Shown piece after piece: positions 13,720-26,920 of a stretch of 64,000 bases of DNA. The position numbers and the translations under genes are program-made. The DNA comes from the human T2T-CHM13v2.0 reference genome, Homo sapiens: the NCBI RefSeq assembly GCF_009914755.1, contig NC_060926.1. The stretch is one strand, 5' to 3'. Numbering within the stretch: position 1 is the stretch's first letter; each line of letters begins with the position of its first letter. The notes under the pieces were generated by a model. That model was given only the letters and a program-made list of their open reading frames with translations. It was not told the DNA's origin and did not search any database.

Positions 13720-14600
13720 CTTTGTGAACGTTCCACAAAGCATCAACACTATATTGATGACATCATGGTAATTAGACGTGATGAGCTGGACATTGTAAGA
13801 ACTCTGAATTTCTTGTGAAAACACATGTGCTCTAGAGGGTGGGATGCACGCCCCAAAACATCAAGGGCTTGTCACATTAGAGAAGATGTCAAGTGTTTAT
13901 AAAAGGAGTATGAGTCATGCTGGCTTATCCCCTCCAAAGTAAGGAAAAATAATTGCACCTTGTACTTCCAACCACTAGCAATGAAGCACATTACTGGTTA
14001 AGCCATCCTAGAGTGTTGACAATGCATTTTGCACTTGGGTTTACTATACCAACCCATTTATCAGCTAACTTGGAAGGCTGTCTTTTATGAATAAACTCTG
14101 AGAAAGAAAATATTCTGTAGTAAGTTTGAGTTTTAATGCAAATGCCTCTGTCACTTCAGCCATGAGATCCAGCACATTGCCTGGTGCTAGATAATCTATA
14201 TTAGATGAGGAAACTCTGTAAACCTCCATGCAAGCACCAAAAAAGAGTCACAGAAAAAAATCTCTACAGTTCTTGAGCAAGATCCTGAAATGCCCCCAAA
14301 ATAAACAAACAAACAACACACAAACAACTCACTACTCAAAATGCAGCTCTCAAAATATCACAGGGTCCATGTAGGCATGTCCATGAGTAATTGACTGTTT
14401 GACTAAATAATTAAGTGACTAAGCTGCCCCTCATAAACTGAGAATGTCACTCTCACCAATTTTAAGATCAGGTGAAGCTCAGCACCATTCAATATTGGGA
14501 TGCAGATGGTAGTTTAGTGACTGGGTTCAAGCAGATTCAGAAGGCATGCTTCATTTCCATAGACAGATGTTCCAGTTCCTTATATCACTTTTCTCTCTCA
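13720..14600 (+). mobile_element. Degenerate ERVL-type pol remnant
   Basis: CAC TAT ATT GAT GAC ATC ATG (HYIDDIM, RT active-site motif) at 13747-13767; IPSKVR...LHLVLPTTSNEAH similar to ERVL RT connection region. Confidence 0.65.
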
Positions 14601-15808
14601 ACTTAACACCTCTGCATCAGCTCTCTCTATGATATCATGGGTTTTCCTGATCAGCTAATGCCAGAGAGAGAATACAAAAAAAGAAAAAGAAAAAAAAAAG
14701 AAAATAAGCAAAAACAAAGAAAATCAAAGCAAAAATGAGAACAAGCTGGGCTTCCTCTTGAATGGCTTGGCATCATATGTTTGTGTAAGTAAGTGTGGAC
14801 TGTGTCCACACTATGGCAACGGTCATGCATGGCTGTCAAATACTACCTTGAGTTATCTTACATCTGAGCAGAGCACATGTTCATCAAATTAGTAGATAGA
14901 GAAGTGTCTGGAGTCAAGTATACATATAGATTTCTGAATAGCTGGCTGGCTAAGGTCCTGGAAAAGAAGATCATAGCAATGAGCTGGGCAAACGTTTTTC
15001 CCAAATGTGTGAAACTCATAAACCTATTCATCTGTGTGTGTTCTGAAAAGTGTATACAAAATGTAGCCAGTTCTTATCTCCCTCTGTTTTACTTTTCACT
15101 GCACCACCTTTGATCCCTGTTATTCATAACGGCAGCTTTTAAGTCACCAGAAATCTGTGCAGACATTATTTTAGCAATTCTATCATTCCATCACTTCCAG
15201 GAGTCCACTAGTAACTTTCAGCTGGTGTACCACTTGCCCCAGCTAGAGACCTCAGTTTGAACTAACTTGCTCTGTTCATTTCCTGCAGAATTCATCACAT
15301 TTAGCTGGAAACACTGAAGGATCTTGCTTGACTCTCCACCTCAACTCAAGTCCACTCCCTTCGACTGCAAGCTGCAAGCTGACATCCTCATTAAAACCCC
15401 AGATCTGCAATTCATGCTGACAGAGCGGAGATGGAAGGGAGAAATCCCAGGCAAAAGGCTACAGACATAATTTCCTTCCTTACTCAAAACATATTCTTTC
15501 ATGTTATGAATAGTATACAGTATTAAATGTTTTATACTTTGCCAATTGTCAGAGCGCTGAAACCGATTTGATATTTTTTAGCTTTATGCTTAATTTGTCT
15601 TTCTCATATATTTTTGCTGAGAGGATTTAACAATCTCTCTGTGACACAATAAAGAGAGATGCCTTCTAAAATGAATTTTAATGAATATGACAGCAACACT
15701 GAAAGGACATAGATATATGTTAAAACATAAGTAATTCTGAAGTAAAGAATTTGAACTCAATACCCACGGTTTGAAGAGAAATCGTGCACTTAACAAATAT
15801 TAACTCTT

Positions 15809-16178
<370 letters not shown>

Positions 16179-16962
16179 TATATATGTAACTCTAATCACT
16201 AGATTTCACATTTTCAGGGAATGCACTACAAATCTGTAAAATATGCCTTATGCATATTCTAGAATTGACCAAGTAAGTGAATATTCTCTACATAATGGGA
16301 GCCAGGATTGTCTTTAACAGATGATTGAAACACAAATATGAAAACATGATGAATCTTGTGAAATTGTTTCATAAGAATCCATGTCCTTTGTTATGTTTTA
16401 ATTATTTTTATTTATATATTTTAATAACATTGAAATGTTTTTAGACTTAAAATTTGCATAATATAATAAGATTGTTCTCATGTACTCTTCCACTAGCTTC
16501 TTCTGTAATGTCAACATCAAGCGTAACTATAGGGTAAGTATCAATACCAAAGCATTAACATAAATGCAATGCTATTAATTAAGTAATTTGAAATCCCCTC
16601 TGTATTTCACTGATTTTTTCAGTAATCTCCTTCTTTATGTTCCAGAAAAAAATCCAAAATCCCACACTGCATTTAATTATTGTGTCCTTAATATTTCCCA
16701 AATTGTGACAGTTTTTTAGTTTTGTCTTTCATGATTTTGAAACCTTTGAAGTGTACTGGCAAGTTATTTTGGAGAATCCCTTAAGTTGCATTTGTTTGAA
16801 GTCTTCTACTGATTAGATTCATATCTTTTATTTTTAGCAAAAAAACAAAAACAAAAAAATGGGGTGCAACCTCAGTGCACAGCAAGAATTACAAAATGTC
16901 AACATATCCTATTAATGGTGATCAATTAATATGAACAATAAAACCCTTTTTTAAAAAAAAGT

Positions 16963-19480
16963 TTTATTATACTTTAAGTTCTGGGATACATGGGCAGAAC
17001 GTGCAGGTTTGTTACATAGGTGTACACATGCCATGGTGGTTTGCTACACACATCAACTTGTCATCTACATTAGGTATTTCTCCCAATGCTACTGTTCCCC
17101 TAGCCCCCCACCCCCCAACAGGCCCTGGGGTATAACATTCTCCTCCCTGTGTCCATTTGTTCTCACTGATCAACTCCCACTTATGAATGAGAACACGCGG
17201 TGTTTGGTTCTGCGTTCTTGTGTTAGTTTGCTGAGAATGATGGCTTCCAGCTTCATCCATGTCCCTGCAAAAGACATAAACTCATCCTTTTTTATGGCTG
17301 CATAGTATTCCATGGTGTATATGTGCCACATTTTCTTTATCCAGTCTCTCATTGATGGGCATTTGGGTCGGTTCCAAGTCATTGCTATTGTAAACAGTGC
17401 CGCAATAAACATATGTGTGCATGCATCTTTATAGTAGAATGATTTATAATCCTTTGGCTATATACCTAGTAATGGGATTGCTGGGTCAAATGGTATTTCC
17501 GGTTCTAGATCCTTGAGGAATCGCCACACTGTCTTCCACAATGGTTGGACTAATTTACACTCCCACCAACAGTGTAAAAGCATTCCTATTTCTCCACATC
17601 CTCTCCAGCATCTGTCTGAGGCCTCTGTTCTGTTCCATTTGTCTATATATCTGTTTTGGTACCAGTACCATGCTGTTTTGGTTACTGTAGCCTTGTAATA
17701 TAGTTTGAAGTCAGGTAGCGTGATGCCTCCAGCTTTGTTCTTTCTGTCTAGATTGTCTTGGCTATGTGGGCTCTTTTTTAGTTCCATATGAAATTTAAAG
17801 TATTTTTTTCTTATTCTGTGAAGAAAGTCAATGGTAGCTTGATGGGGGTGGCATTGAATCTATAAATTACCTTGTGCAGTATGGCCATTTTCACGATATT
17901 GATTCTTCTTATCCATGAGCATGGAATGTTTTTCCATTTGTTTCTGTCCTCTCTTATTTCCTTGAGCAGTGGTTTGTAGTTCTCCTTGAAGAGATCCTTC
18001 ACATCCCTTGTAAGCTGTATTCCTAAGTTTTTTATTCTCTTTGTAGCAATTGTGAATGGGAGTTCATGCATGATTTGGCTCTCTGTTTGTCTATTATTGA
18101 TATATAGGAATGCTTGTGATTTTTGCACATTGATCTTGTATCCTGAGACTTTGCTGAAGTTGCTTATCAGCTTAAGGAGATTTGGGGCTGAGACCATGGG
18201 GTTTTCTAAGTATACAATCATGTAATCTGCAAAAAGAGACAATTTGAATTCCTCTCTTCCTATTTGAATATGCTTTATTTCCTTCTCTTGCCTGATTGCC
18301 CTTCCCAGAACTTCCAATACTATATTGAATAGGAGTGGTGAGAGAGGGCATCCTTGTCTTGCGCCAGTATTTGACAAGAATGTGTCCAGTTTTGCCCATT
18401 CAGTATGATCTTGGCCGTGGGTTTGTCATGAATAGCTCTTATTATTTTGAGATACATTCCATCAATACCTAGATTATTGAGAGTTTTTAGCATGAAGAGG
18501 TATTGAATTTTATCAAAGACTCTTTCTGCATCTATTGAGATAATCATGTGGTTTTTGTCATTGGTTCTGTTTGTGTGATAGATTACATTTATTGATTTGC
18601 ATATGTTAAGCCAGCCTTGCATCCCAGGGATGAAGCCACCTTGATCATGGTGGATAAGCTTTTTGATGTGCTGCTGGATTCGGTTTGCCAGTATTTTACA
18701 GAGGATTTTCGCATCAATGTTTATCATGAATATTGGCCTGAAATTTTCTTTTTTGTGTGTGTCTTTGCCAGGTTTTGGTATCAGGGTGATGCTGGCCTCA
18801 TAAAACAAGTTAGGGAGTATTCTTTCTTTCTCTATTGTGTGGAATATTTTCAGAAGGAATGGTACCAGCTTCTTTTTCTACCGGTAGAATTCGGCTGTGA
18901 ATCCATCTGGCCCTGGACTTTTTTTTGGTTGGTAGGCTATTAATTACTGCCTCAATTTCAGACTTTGTTGTTGGTCTACTCAGGGATTCAAATTTTTCCT
19001 GGTTTAGACTTGGGAGGGTGTATATGTCGAGGAATTTATCCATTTATTCTAGATTTTCTAGTTTATTTGTTTAGAGGTGTTTATAGTATTCTCTGATGGT
19101 AGTTTGTATTTCTGTGGGATCAGTGGTGATACCTCCTTTATCATTTTTTATGTGTTTATTTCATTCTTCTCTCTTTTCTTCTTTATTAGTCTGGCTAGTG
19201 GTTTATCTATTTTGTTGCTCTTTTCAAAAAAACCAGCTCCTGGATTCATTGATTTTTTTTGAAGAGTTTTTCGTGTCTCTATCTCCTTCAGTTCTGCTCT
19301 GATCTTAGTTATTTCTTGTCTTCTGCTAGCTTTTGAATTTGTTTGCTCTTGCTTCTCCAGTTATTTTAATTGTGATGTAAGGGTGTCGATTTTAGATGTT
19401 TCCTGCTTTCTCCCGTGAGCATTTAGTGCTATAAATTTCCCTTTAAACACTGCTTTTGCTGTGTCCCAAAGATTCTGGTT
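16963..19480 (-). mobile_element. L1PA element, 5'-truncated, with internal deletion near 17614
   Basis: ORF2 RT peptides ([24 protein letters not shown]), L1PA 3'UTR. Confidence 0.93.
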
Positions 19481-21522
19481 TCTGAAAGGAGGTCTTGGAC
19501 AAAGCTAATTAAGCCAGCTGCTTCTATCACTCTTTGTATTTGGTTATTTGCTGACTTTCTGAGAAATAACCTATTCCTGTCTGAAACTATTTTTTTTTAT
19601 GTTGCTTAGGCTTTAACCCTCTTCACACTTACTGTACAATAGAGAATATTGAACAAATAAATGAGCTGGCTTTTAAATGGCAAATGTTACTATGATGGCC
19701 ATTTACCATTTAAATGTTAATAGCCTGAAAAAAAACCCAGAGGAATGAGATTTATTAAAATGTAGTGGTATCAACAAATGAACAGCAGTTACTGAATCAA
19801 CTGTTTGGAAAAACATAATTTTCTAGCACTTGGAATACTGCAAGAATCAAATGGATAGGAACAGCTTGCCCTGAGCTACTTCTGCTGAGGAGACTGAGAT
19901 ACCATTTGTACCATTTTAGTATGCACACAGTTCAGACACTCTTTCTGGAAATACGAGGTTCTGGTCCCTCAGTTAAAGAACATGTGGCTACATATGCATG
20001 ACAGTTATTTCTAGAAATATGTACTTCTCCAAATTTTTAAGTTATTATCTGAAAATTTAATAGAATTTTGTCTTTGGATGGTAATGAAACAAAAATGTTA
20101 GAAGAGAATGGAAACTTTTGGGTATATATAGAGAGGATATCAGAGAAGGGCCAACCATACTTTACTGGATACAGTTAATCTGACTGGGGCTTTTGGAGGA
20201 AAAGACTTAGAGAAGAAAAGTGTTTGAAGAAGTCATACGTGTTTAAAAATATAGGCACAACTTGAAAACCCTTGCAAGAAAGAATAGATGACTTCACAAA
20301 AAGGTGAAGTGACTTTTCAATTTGTCAAATCACACTCGTACATATGCTTTTTCTTTCTCTTTTATGCCCTATACCTCTGAGGTATTAGAAAGGCCTGAGT
20401 TTGAAATAATTTGTCCCGTAGAAATCCAGAAAGTAAGAGAATGAACAACATCTTTAGCACAGAAGCATGCCAATCCTGGGAAAAAACTGAGATTTGGTTT
20501 TTGAGTTATGGCAGATGTAGTAGAAAAAATGAGAAAAGGTTAAAAAGACAGAATAAAGATTATGTAAGAAAGGACAGCAATATGACATTCTAACCTTTCA
20601 TAGGATAAAGTTATGATAATGAATGATGAGAAGAAATGCAATGGACCCATCTGGGTGGGCATGATTGAAGGTCTGAGCAAGTTAGTATAGATCAAGAACA
20701 AATCATTAGCATTTTAAGAATTGTGAGTCAGTTAGTGAAAATCCCATCTCAGAAACTAATGTGGCTATAGATGAAACATCCTTGGATTAGAATTAAGATT
20801 GTTTCTCCTAACTCTCTTCTAAATTAGTCTAGTGATGATAATAATGATCATTACAGTGCTAAATGTTATCATAATAGTAACAACAAAATTAATACCAGCA
20901 CATATAATGATTAGATACTATTGTAAATGCTTTACCTTGTATAAATTGTAAAGAGACCTTTTAGGTAGATTCTATTATTGCCAAAGTTTCACATAAGCAA
21001 ATTTACTAATGGCACATAATCTATAAGGATTAAAGCTCTGTCTCCAACACAATGGATTTGATTTCAGGGCTTGCCAAGATAACGTCTTGACAGTTAGATA
21101 AATATTGTTGACTCTATTTCCAGAATGAATGAAGATCCAATTGAAACTTAGAGCAGCATTAATAAAACTGCTTCCTTGATACCTAAGAGAAAGGAAGAAA
21201 AAGCAAACGATTTTAACTGATTAAAGGAAAGGAGCAGCAGTATATGAAATGAGATTCAGGGGGTGTAAGCAGAGGTTCTGGGAACTATTAAGGAGAAGAG
21301 AACCTGACTCTGGATTGATATAAGCATTGCACAGAATCAAGCGGTGTGTAGATTAGAGGATCACCCAAGGAGTTGTCCCCTGCCTATATGGACAGCATCA
21401 TTGTCTGTTACCTGCATGGACAGCATGATTGTCTGTCTTCAGGGAAATGGCATTGGTAACCTGAAGGGTCAGAGCCTGGGTGCTTCTCATCTGTGCAGTT
21501 GTGGTCACCCCTGCACCTGCAG

Positions 21523-23029
21523 CACTGTGGGTACTTGAGTGTTGCTCTTTGAGGAAGCTTCAGGGCCCTCAGAAAAGATCCCTAAGCAGCAAGTGAAAGG
21601 TGTACTTGGGAGATAAAGTTCCAATAACTCTTCATTCCAACCATATTCTGTCATGCACCAGGGAAAACAACTAGGCATATTTAGGGTAGAAACAAAAGAA
21701 ATGGGACCACACAACTTAATTTAGTTCCTACAAGTCTTGTACCACACACCATTCACTGAATCTAGATAATTGGTGAGACAGGAAGACACAGGGATATAAG
21801 ACAGGAAGACACATGATATATGTGATCTAAGATAGAAATTCTACACTCAGGCTAAGCTAACAGCCTTTTCTGACATGACCACCTGGGTGAAAGCTGACCA
21901 ATATAATATTCACACATCCAGTCATATAGATAGATGCATGTTATCAAATCTGATAGCATAAATATAAATATTTAGTCATCTATTTATAAAGACACTTAGA
22001 GGAAATTAAAGCTAAATGATATGAATTAAGTGAAATTCACCTCACTTATGGAAAAAGTGCACTTACGGAAACATGCACTTATCCACTGCTCAAAACTCAG
22101 CGGATAATAAAACTAAGCAGATATTTTCTTGTTAATAGATGTTTATGATAACAATGATGTGGCTGATCAAGGAAGAGCTTAGTGGAGTGGTTCTTCTGCC
22201 TCTAGATTGTGTTTCATTTGGGATCAAGGAAGGGCCTAGCCAAGACACAACATTTGTATGGAAGGCAGCAAAAAGGAACACAATTTTCAAACAAAACTGA
22301 CCAGGCAAATGGTATCCTAATGTTCTCTAAAACAGTGAACACAATTTAATTTATTCTTTTACTTTGTTAAGTCCTAAAGTTTCTAAAAACGTTTACTGCA
22401 TTTAACTATCAAAGTATTTGATCCATTGATAAAAAATAATTGTTTTTCAACTTTTAGAATATTAAAAATATTTTTGAATGTAATTTTGCATTAATTAGAA
22501 ATAAAGCAGCATATATTTTTAAGTGGTTTTAACATAAATGTTCTCACTGTGGGGGAAAAAAAAATCTTTAGCTAAAGTAAATGTCTTCTAAAACTTGGCT
22601 TCTTGAAACACCCGTACGTTACCTCTTAACTAGTTGAAGTGCAGGTTATCATGCAACAAGGTCTAAAGCACATCTGCTACTTTGCATTTGTACTGTGTTC
22701 ATAGTGACGCTGAGAATGCCACTGGAATCTGGACAAATTTTAAGTAGCAAAGTGCTCTTATATTAAGGAAAAAGTATGCTACGTGCACCTATAGGTGTTC
22801 TTGTTTGTTTTGTCAATTTTTTTTTCATTTGTCAAAGGATTGCTATGTATTTCAAGCAATGTTGTCATTTTTTTCTTTTACTTTACGACTTAATAAAATT
22901 TTCTTGCAATAATACCAAACTTTCTAATAATACATGTAAGAACATCCAAATGTATTCTGAAGCCACCCCATACCTGGAAAATTCTGAGATTTTGGGAAAT
23001 ACTTATCTCACTTGGCTGTAATTCCTCAT
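21523..23029 (-). pseudogene. Possible fragmented V relic: leader-like 23029-22974, acceptor plus DSSG at 22728, V-end with CACAGTG at 21529-21523
   Basis: ATGAGG...CCAG|gtatgg; cag|ATTCCAGTGGC; AGC AAC ACT CAA GTA CC followed by CACAGTG CTGCAG. That the pieces belong to one gene is inferred. Confidence 0.4.
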
Positions 23030-23719
23030 ATTCACCATGATTTCTAAAAGCACCTTTCCTGAAACACATTAAACCCTCTATGGTTTCTTGTAGAGTTACT
23101 CAAAGAGAAGACCTCTCATCATATTTGAAGGTAAGAAGAAGGCGATTCAATATTCTTTGACACCGGTAGGCAAACATGTTCACTGAGATAAGGACTGGAG
23201 AATCACCTGGTGAGGTGCTGCAACAACTGATAGCATCAGCATCTTCGCATACGGACTTCCTAGACAAAGAAGACTATATGGTTAGATAGCCCATGCCTTT
23301 AGCGGCTGATGAACTCTGGCTTCTGGCAGACCTCCAGAGACTCCCGTGTTTCTAGTGTCAGCTTCCCTAACTACCACACTCCCAGTTTTGTATATTCAAC
23401 TCTAATTCCCTGTATTAAAACAATGCCTTCTGGCAATCTGTAGAGTGGTTTCTCTTTTAATCTATGACCCAGATGGATGCAATAACACAGATTCTTCAGG
23501 TATCGTAAATGCTATCCCTTATTAAATCAGGAGAGATAGTGTCATGTCTGTGCTGCTGGGGCTAAGCAGGAAGAAAAAGAGTTAGAATGCAGATGAGACT
23601 TCTGGCCATTCCTACAAAAACCTTTAAATCTTGGCTGCACCTGAGAAACACTCTCAGCAGATGGAGGCACCAGTGGAAGCACCTGGGGCAGCCATGAGTC
23701 ATACTTCTGCTTCCCTGGG

Positions 23720-23747
23720 GGTTTATTTTATGACCTGTAACACTCTA
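23720..23747 (-). other. Defective 12-RSS of IGKV1-22 (TAGAGTG-12-AAATAAACC)
   Basis: Correct spacing, but the essential CAC is lost. Confidence 0.85.
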
Positions 23748-24217
23748 GGATGGCTGCTGTAAGTCTATAGACAGCAATAAGTTATAACATCTTCAGGTTG
23801 CAGGCTCCTGATGGTGAGAATGTGTGAAATGTGTCCCAGACCTACTGCCACTGAACCGTGACGGGACCCCAGATGGCAAACTGGATGCAGCATAGATCAG
23901 GAGCTTAGGAGGATTCTCTAGTTTCTACTGATACTAGCTTAAATAATTGCAAATGCCCTGACTCGCCCAGCAAGTGATGGTGACTCTCTCTCCTACAGAT
24001 GCAGTCAGGGAGGATGGAGACTGAGTCATCTGGAAATTACATCTGACTCCTGGGACATAAAAACAAATAATCCACACAACTATTTATAAGATGATTTCCC
24101 TGAAAGGCCAGGCTGTACTGAGCACATTGGCTGAGTAAATTCCTAGTGTTCTCCATCCGTACCTGGGAGCCAGAGCAGCAGGAGCCCCTGGAGCTGAGTG
24201 GGGACCCTCATGTCCAT
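23748..24217 (-). pseudogene. IGKV1-22: Ig kappa V pseudogene, subgroup 1: leader 24217-24163, V exon 24049-23748
   Basis: Leader MDMRVPTQLQGLLLLWLP; V starts [23 protein letters not shown]; conserved Trp is TAG, further TAG stops in FR2 and CDR3, 4-nt insertion in FR3. Confidence 0.92.
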
Positions 24218-24304
24218 GCTGTGTCCTGACTGAGACTGACTCCTGCACAGGGTGTGACCAGCCTATTAAGAAGTCTTCAGAACAGGGGGTTGTGCTCTGG
24301 GAAC

Positions 24305-24346
24305 ATGCAAATCAGCAGGGAATGGAGCAGGCTGGGCACAGCTGCA
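24305..24346 (-). promoter_or_regulatory. IGKV1-22 promoter decamer and pentadecamer
   Basis: TGATTTGCAT 24314-24305; TGCAGCTGTGCCCAG 24346-24332. Confidence 0.85.
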
Positions 24347-25011
24347 GGACTGGTTCATGGATAAGTATCTTAGATCCAGATAAAACTTAATAAATATTCA
24401 TACTCTTATTTTTCACATTTTCAGCTTGGCCCAGGGCATCCCAGCCTAGCTCAGTAGCAAGAATGTGAATCGTTTTTCTTTTTACTCCCATAAGAACAGT
24501 AACATAAAACCCTGTGAATGCTCCAGTCCTGGAGGAGAATGTGTGCCAAGAACAAGTGTAAAGTACAACTGGGGAAAGGGAGATAAGCAATGTGTTAACA
24601 CCACCAAATATTCTCCCATTAAATATATACTAGTAACTGCTAAGCCAAACAATACCAAGAATATACCAGTGCTATGTTGTCATGTATCAGCCTCAGTTGT
24701 GTGACTGGTAGGCTGAATACATCTGGTTGACAAATGTATGCAAAGGAGAGAGGATTGAGATGAGCTAAGTCACCTTTCCCTTCCTCCTTCCTCCTGTCTC
24801 CTGGCTCAGAGGGCACTTGCATCTTCTGTAGGTTCTGCCCATGCTAAGGCTGCGACTGCTGAAGTGATCTTATGTGTGATGCCTGAGGTGTAGCTTCATA
24901 CTAATCCCCTGAGTTCACCAACATCTTCCTGTTACATAGATTTAGAGAATATACCCTGTCTACTCCTCAGTGAAGGAACTAATTTGGGCAGCTGGGACAA
25001 TCCAAGCAGGA

Positions 25012-25039
25012 GGCTTTTGTTTGGTGCTGAACCATTGTG
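25012..25039 (-). other. 12-RSS of IGKV2-23 (CACAATG-12-ACAAAAGCC)
   Basis: One mismatch each in heptamer and nonamer, 12-nt spacer. Confidence 0.88.
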
Positions 25040-26048
25040 GGAGGATATTGTAGAGTGTGGTGGCAGTTGTAATAGCCAAGATCCTCAGCCTCCACCCTAC
25101 TGATCTTAAGCATAAAATCTGTCCCTGACCTGCAACCACTGCAAACTCACAGTTATGTGGTGCGTCACACAGGGCCGTAAGTCTTCAGTGACTCAATTGT
25201 TAGTGAAGTTCTTGTCCAAATGTATTTCAGGTCGTATCACAAATGCCTATTTAACCATAGGATATAGACCAGCTTCCAAAGGTTGAAACTAGTCCTGTGA
25301 TATATCTGGGGATGACTGGTCTACTCTCTCCTCCCACTGGGGAGAACCTGTGTGGGAAGGCAGAAAACTGATTGGAAGTCCTACAGATCAGGAGCTGTGG
25401 AGAGTGGCCTGGCTTCTGCAGGAACTAATACAAATAGGTGTATCCATTACCATGTAAAAGGTTCTGACTAGACCTGCAGGAGATGGAGGCCGGCTCTCCA
25501 TTGGTGACGGGCAGAGAGAGTGGAGTCTGGGTCATCACAATATTCCCACCGGATCCTAAAGTAATATAAAAAAGAAGTACAATGTTATGTAAATCATGAG
25601 ACATTATCATAATTTCTCTACAATTATTTAATGCTAAATAATTGTATTGCGGCGCGTGTGTGTGTGTGTGTGTGTGTGTGAGTGTGTGTGTAATTTTGAT
25701 TCATGCACCAAAAAAATTTAATTAAAAAAAAAACAGACATTTTGAAGGCCCAAGTTGCCCTTTGGAAGTCACTTATGCTACCCTCCTCTTTCTATGTCAG
25801 AATCTGCACCAGAGCACAGGTCTTTGCTTTTTCTGGAATCTTCCTCACTCTTTCACATATAAAAGTGCCACCATACATTTTATCCTGGAGCACAAGACAC
25901 GTGCATCCAACACGTGGACAGAACACACATGGGTGACAGTGGGGCCCCCAGAGCTCACCCTCCCACCCCATTCTCCTCCCTCATCTCCTCTGTCCTTACC
26001 AGGAACCCAAAGCATTAGCAGCCCCAGGAGCTGAGCAGGGAACCTCAC
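25040..26048 (-). pseudogene. IGKV2-23: Ig kappa V pseudogene, subgroup 2: leader 26048-26000, V exon 25555-25040 with insertion 25343-25141
   Basis: Start codon is GTG; [39 protein letters not shown] then TAG at the conserved Trp; FR3 interrupted after RF and resumes [20 protein letters not shown]; octamer mutated (ATGCACAT 26148-26155). Confidence 0.92.
25655..25691. repeat. (TG)n microsatellite in the IGKV2-23 intron
   Basis: Directly visible. Confidence 0.9.
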
Positions 26049-26920
26049 TGTGAGAAGGTGAACTGAGGAGTCCTGATCAGTTAAGGCAAGGTTACAGCTG
26101 AGCTTTACTCCCAGACTCACAAGGGAAGGTCATTCCTAAGGGACAATATGCACATCCCCTGGTGGTTGCAGTGGTGTGGAAAGAGCCAATGTACAGTATG
26201 CTTAATTCTAAAATGTATCTTTGTCTTCAGTATTTTAACATGCCGCATCATGGCCTGAAACAAGCAAACAAAATAAACCAGTAGACAAAACTAGTTACTA
26301 CCTACTACACATATATACTAAGTGTTTCTAAGAGTTCAAAAAATATTCTCAATTACTTCCAGAATTGAAAGGAAGAAAAGTCCAAATAGTATTATCAGAA
26401 AATATTATTATGTGGTGTACATGTTTGAGACTCCTGTGAGCTTTGATTTGCTCAACAGCCAACATCATGCATTGCAGGCAGCTTTCCATTCTCCTGATGG
26501 TTGGTGAGAGTGAGAGTCACTCAGCAAAGGGAGAAAGAGGTGCCCTGAAAGTCATCAGTGGCAGCAGGTGAGGTCAGGATACACTAGGGTCGCCTCCCAG
26601 TGATGTGACTAAGTGTCCCTGCATTCATGACAGCAGTAGGGAACTTTAGTGGCTGTTGCAGGGAGGACATGACAACCACTTCCTGGAGAATCTGTGGGGT
26701 GTCAGTGCACTAATTGGAGAGAAAGCGAGAGGCTCTAGGAATTGTCCTGGAGGGCTCTAGCCCCTGTTTACACAGAAGAGGAGCCAGTGTTTGTGACTGA
26801 AACCTCATGGCCTCTTCCTGGAAGGCTCTCCAGCCATCTCTAACTGAGCCCACCTGGTATGGACGTGTGGCCTGGGTACCCCAGCTGCTCCTGCTGCATT
26901 GAGAGGCTGAGCCTCCTTGA

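Noticed and set aside
17458-19043. Reverse-transcriptase-like ORFs as a novel RT system
   Set aside because: Frameshifted LINE-1 ORF2 fragments of a truncated L1PA
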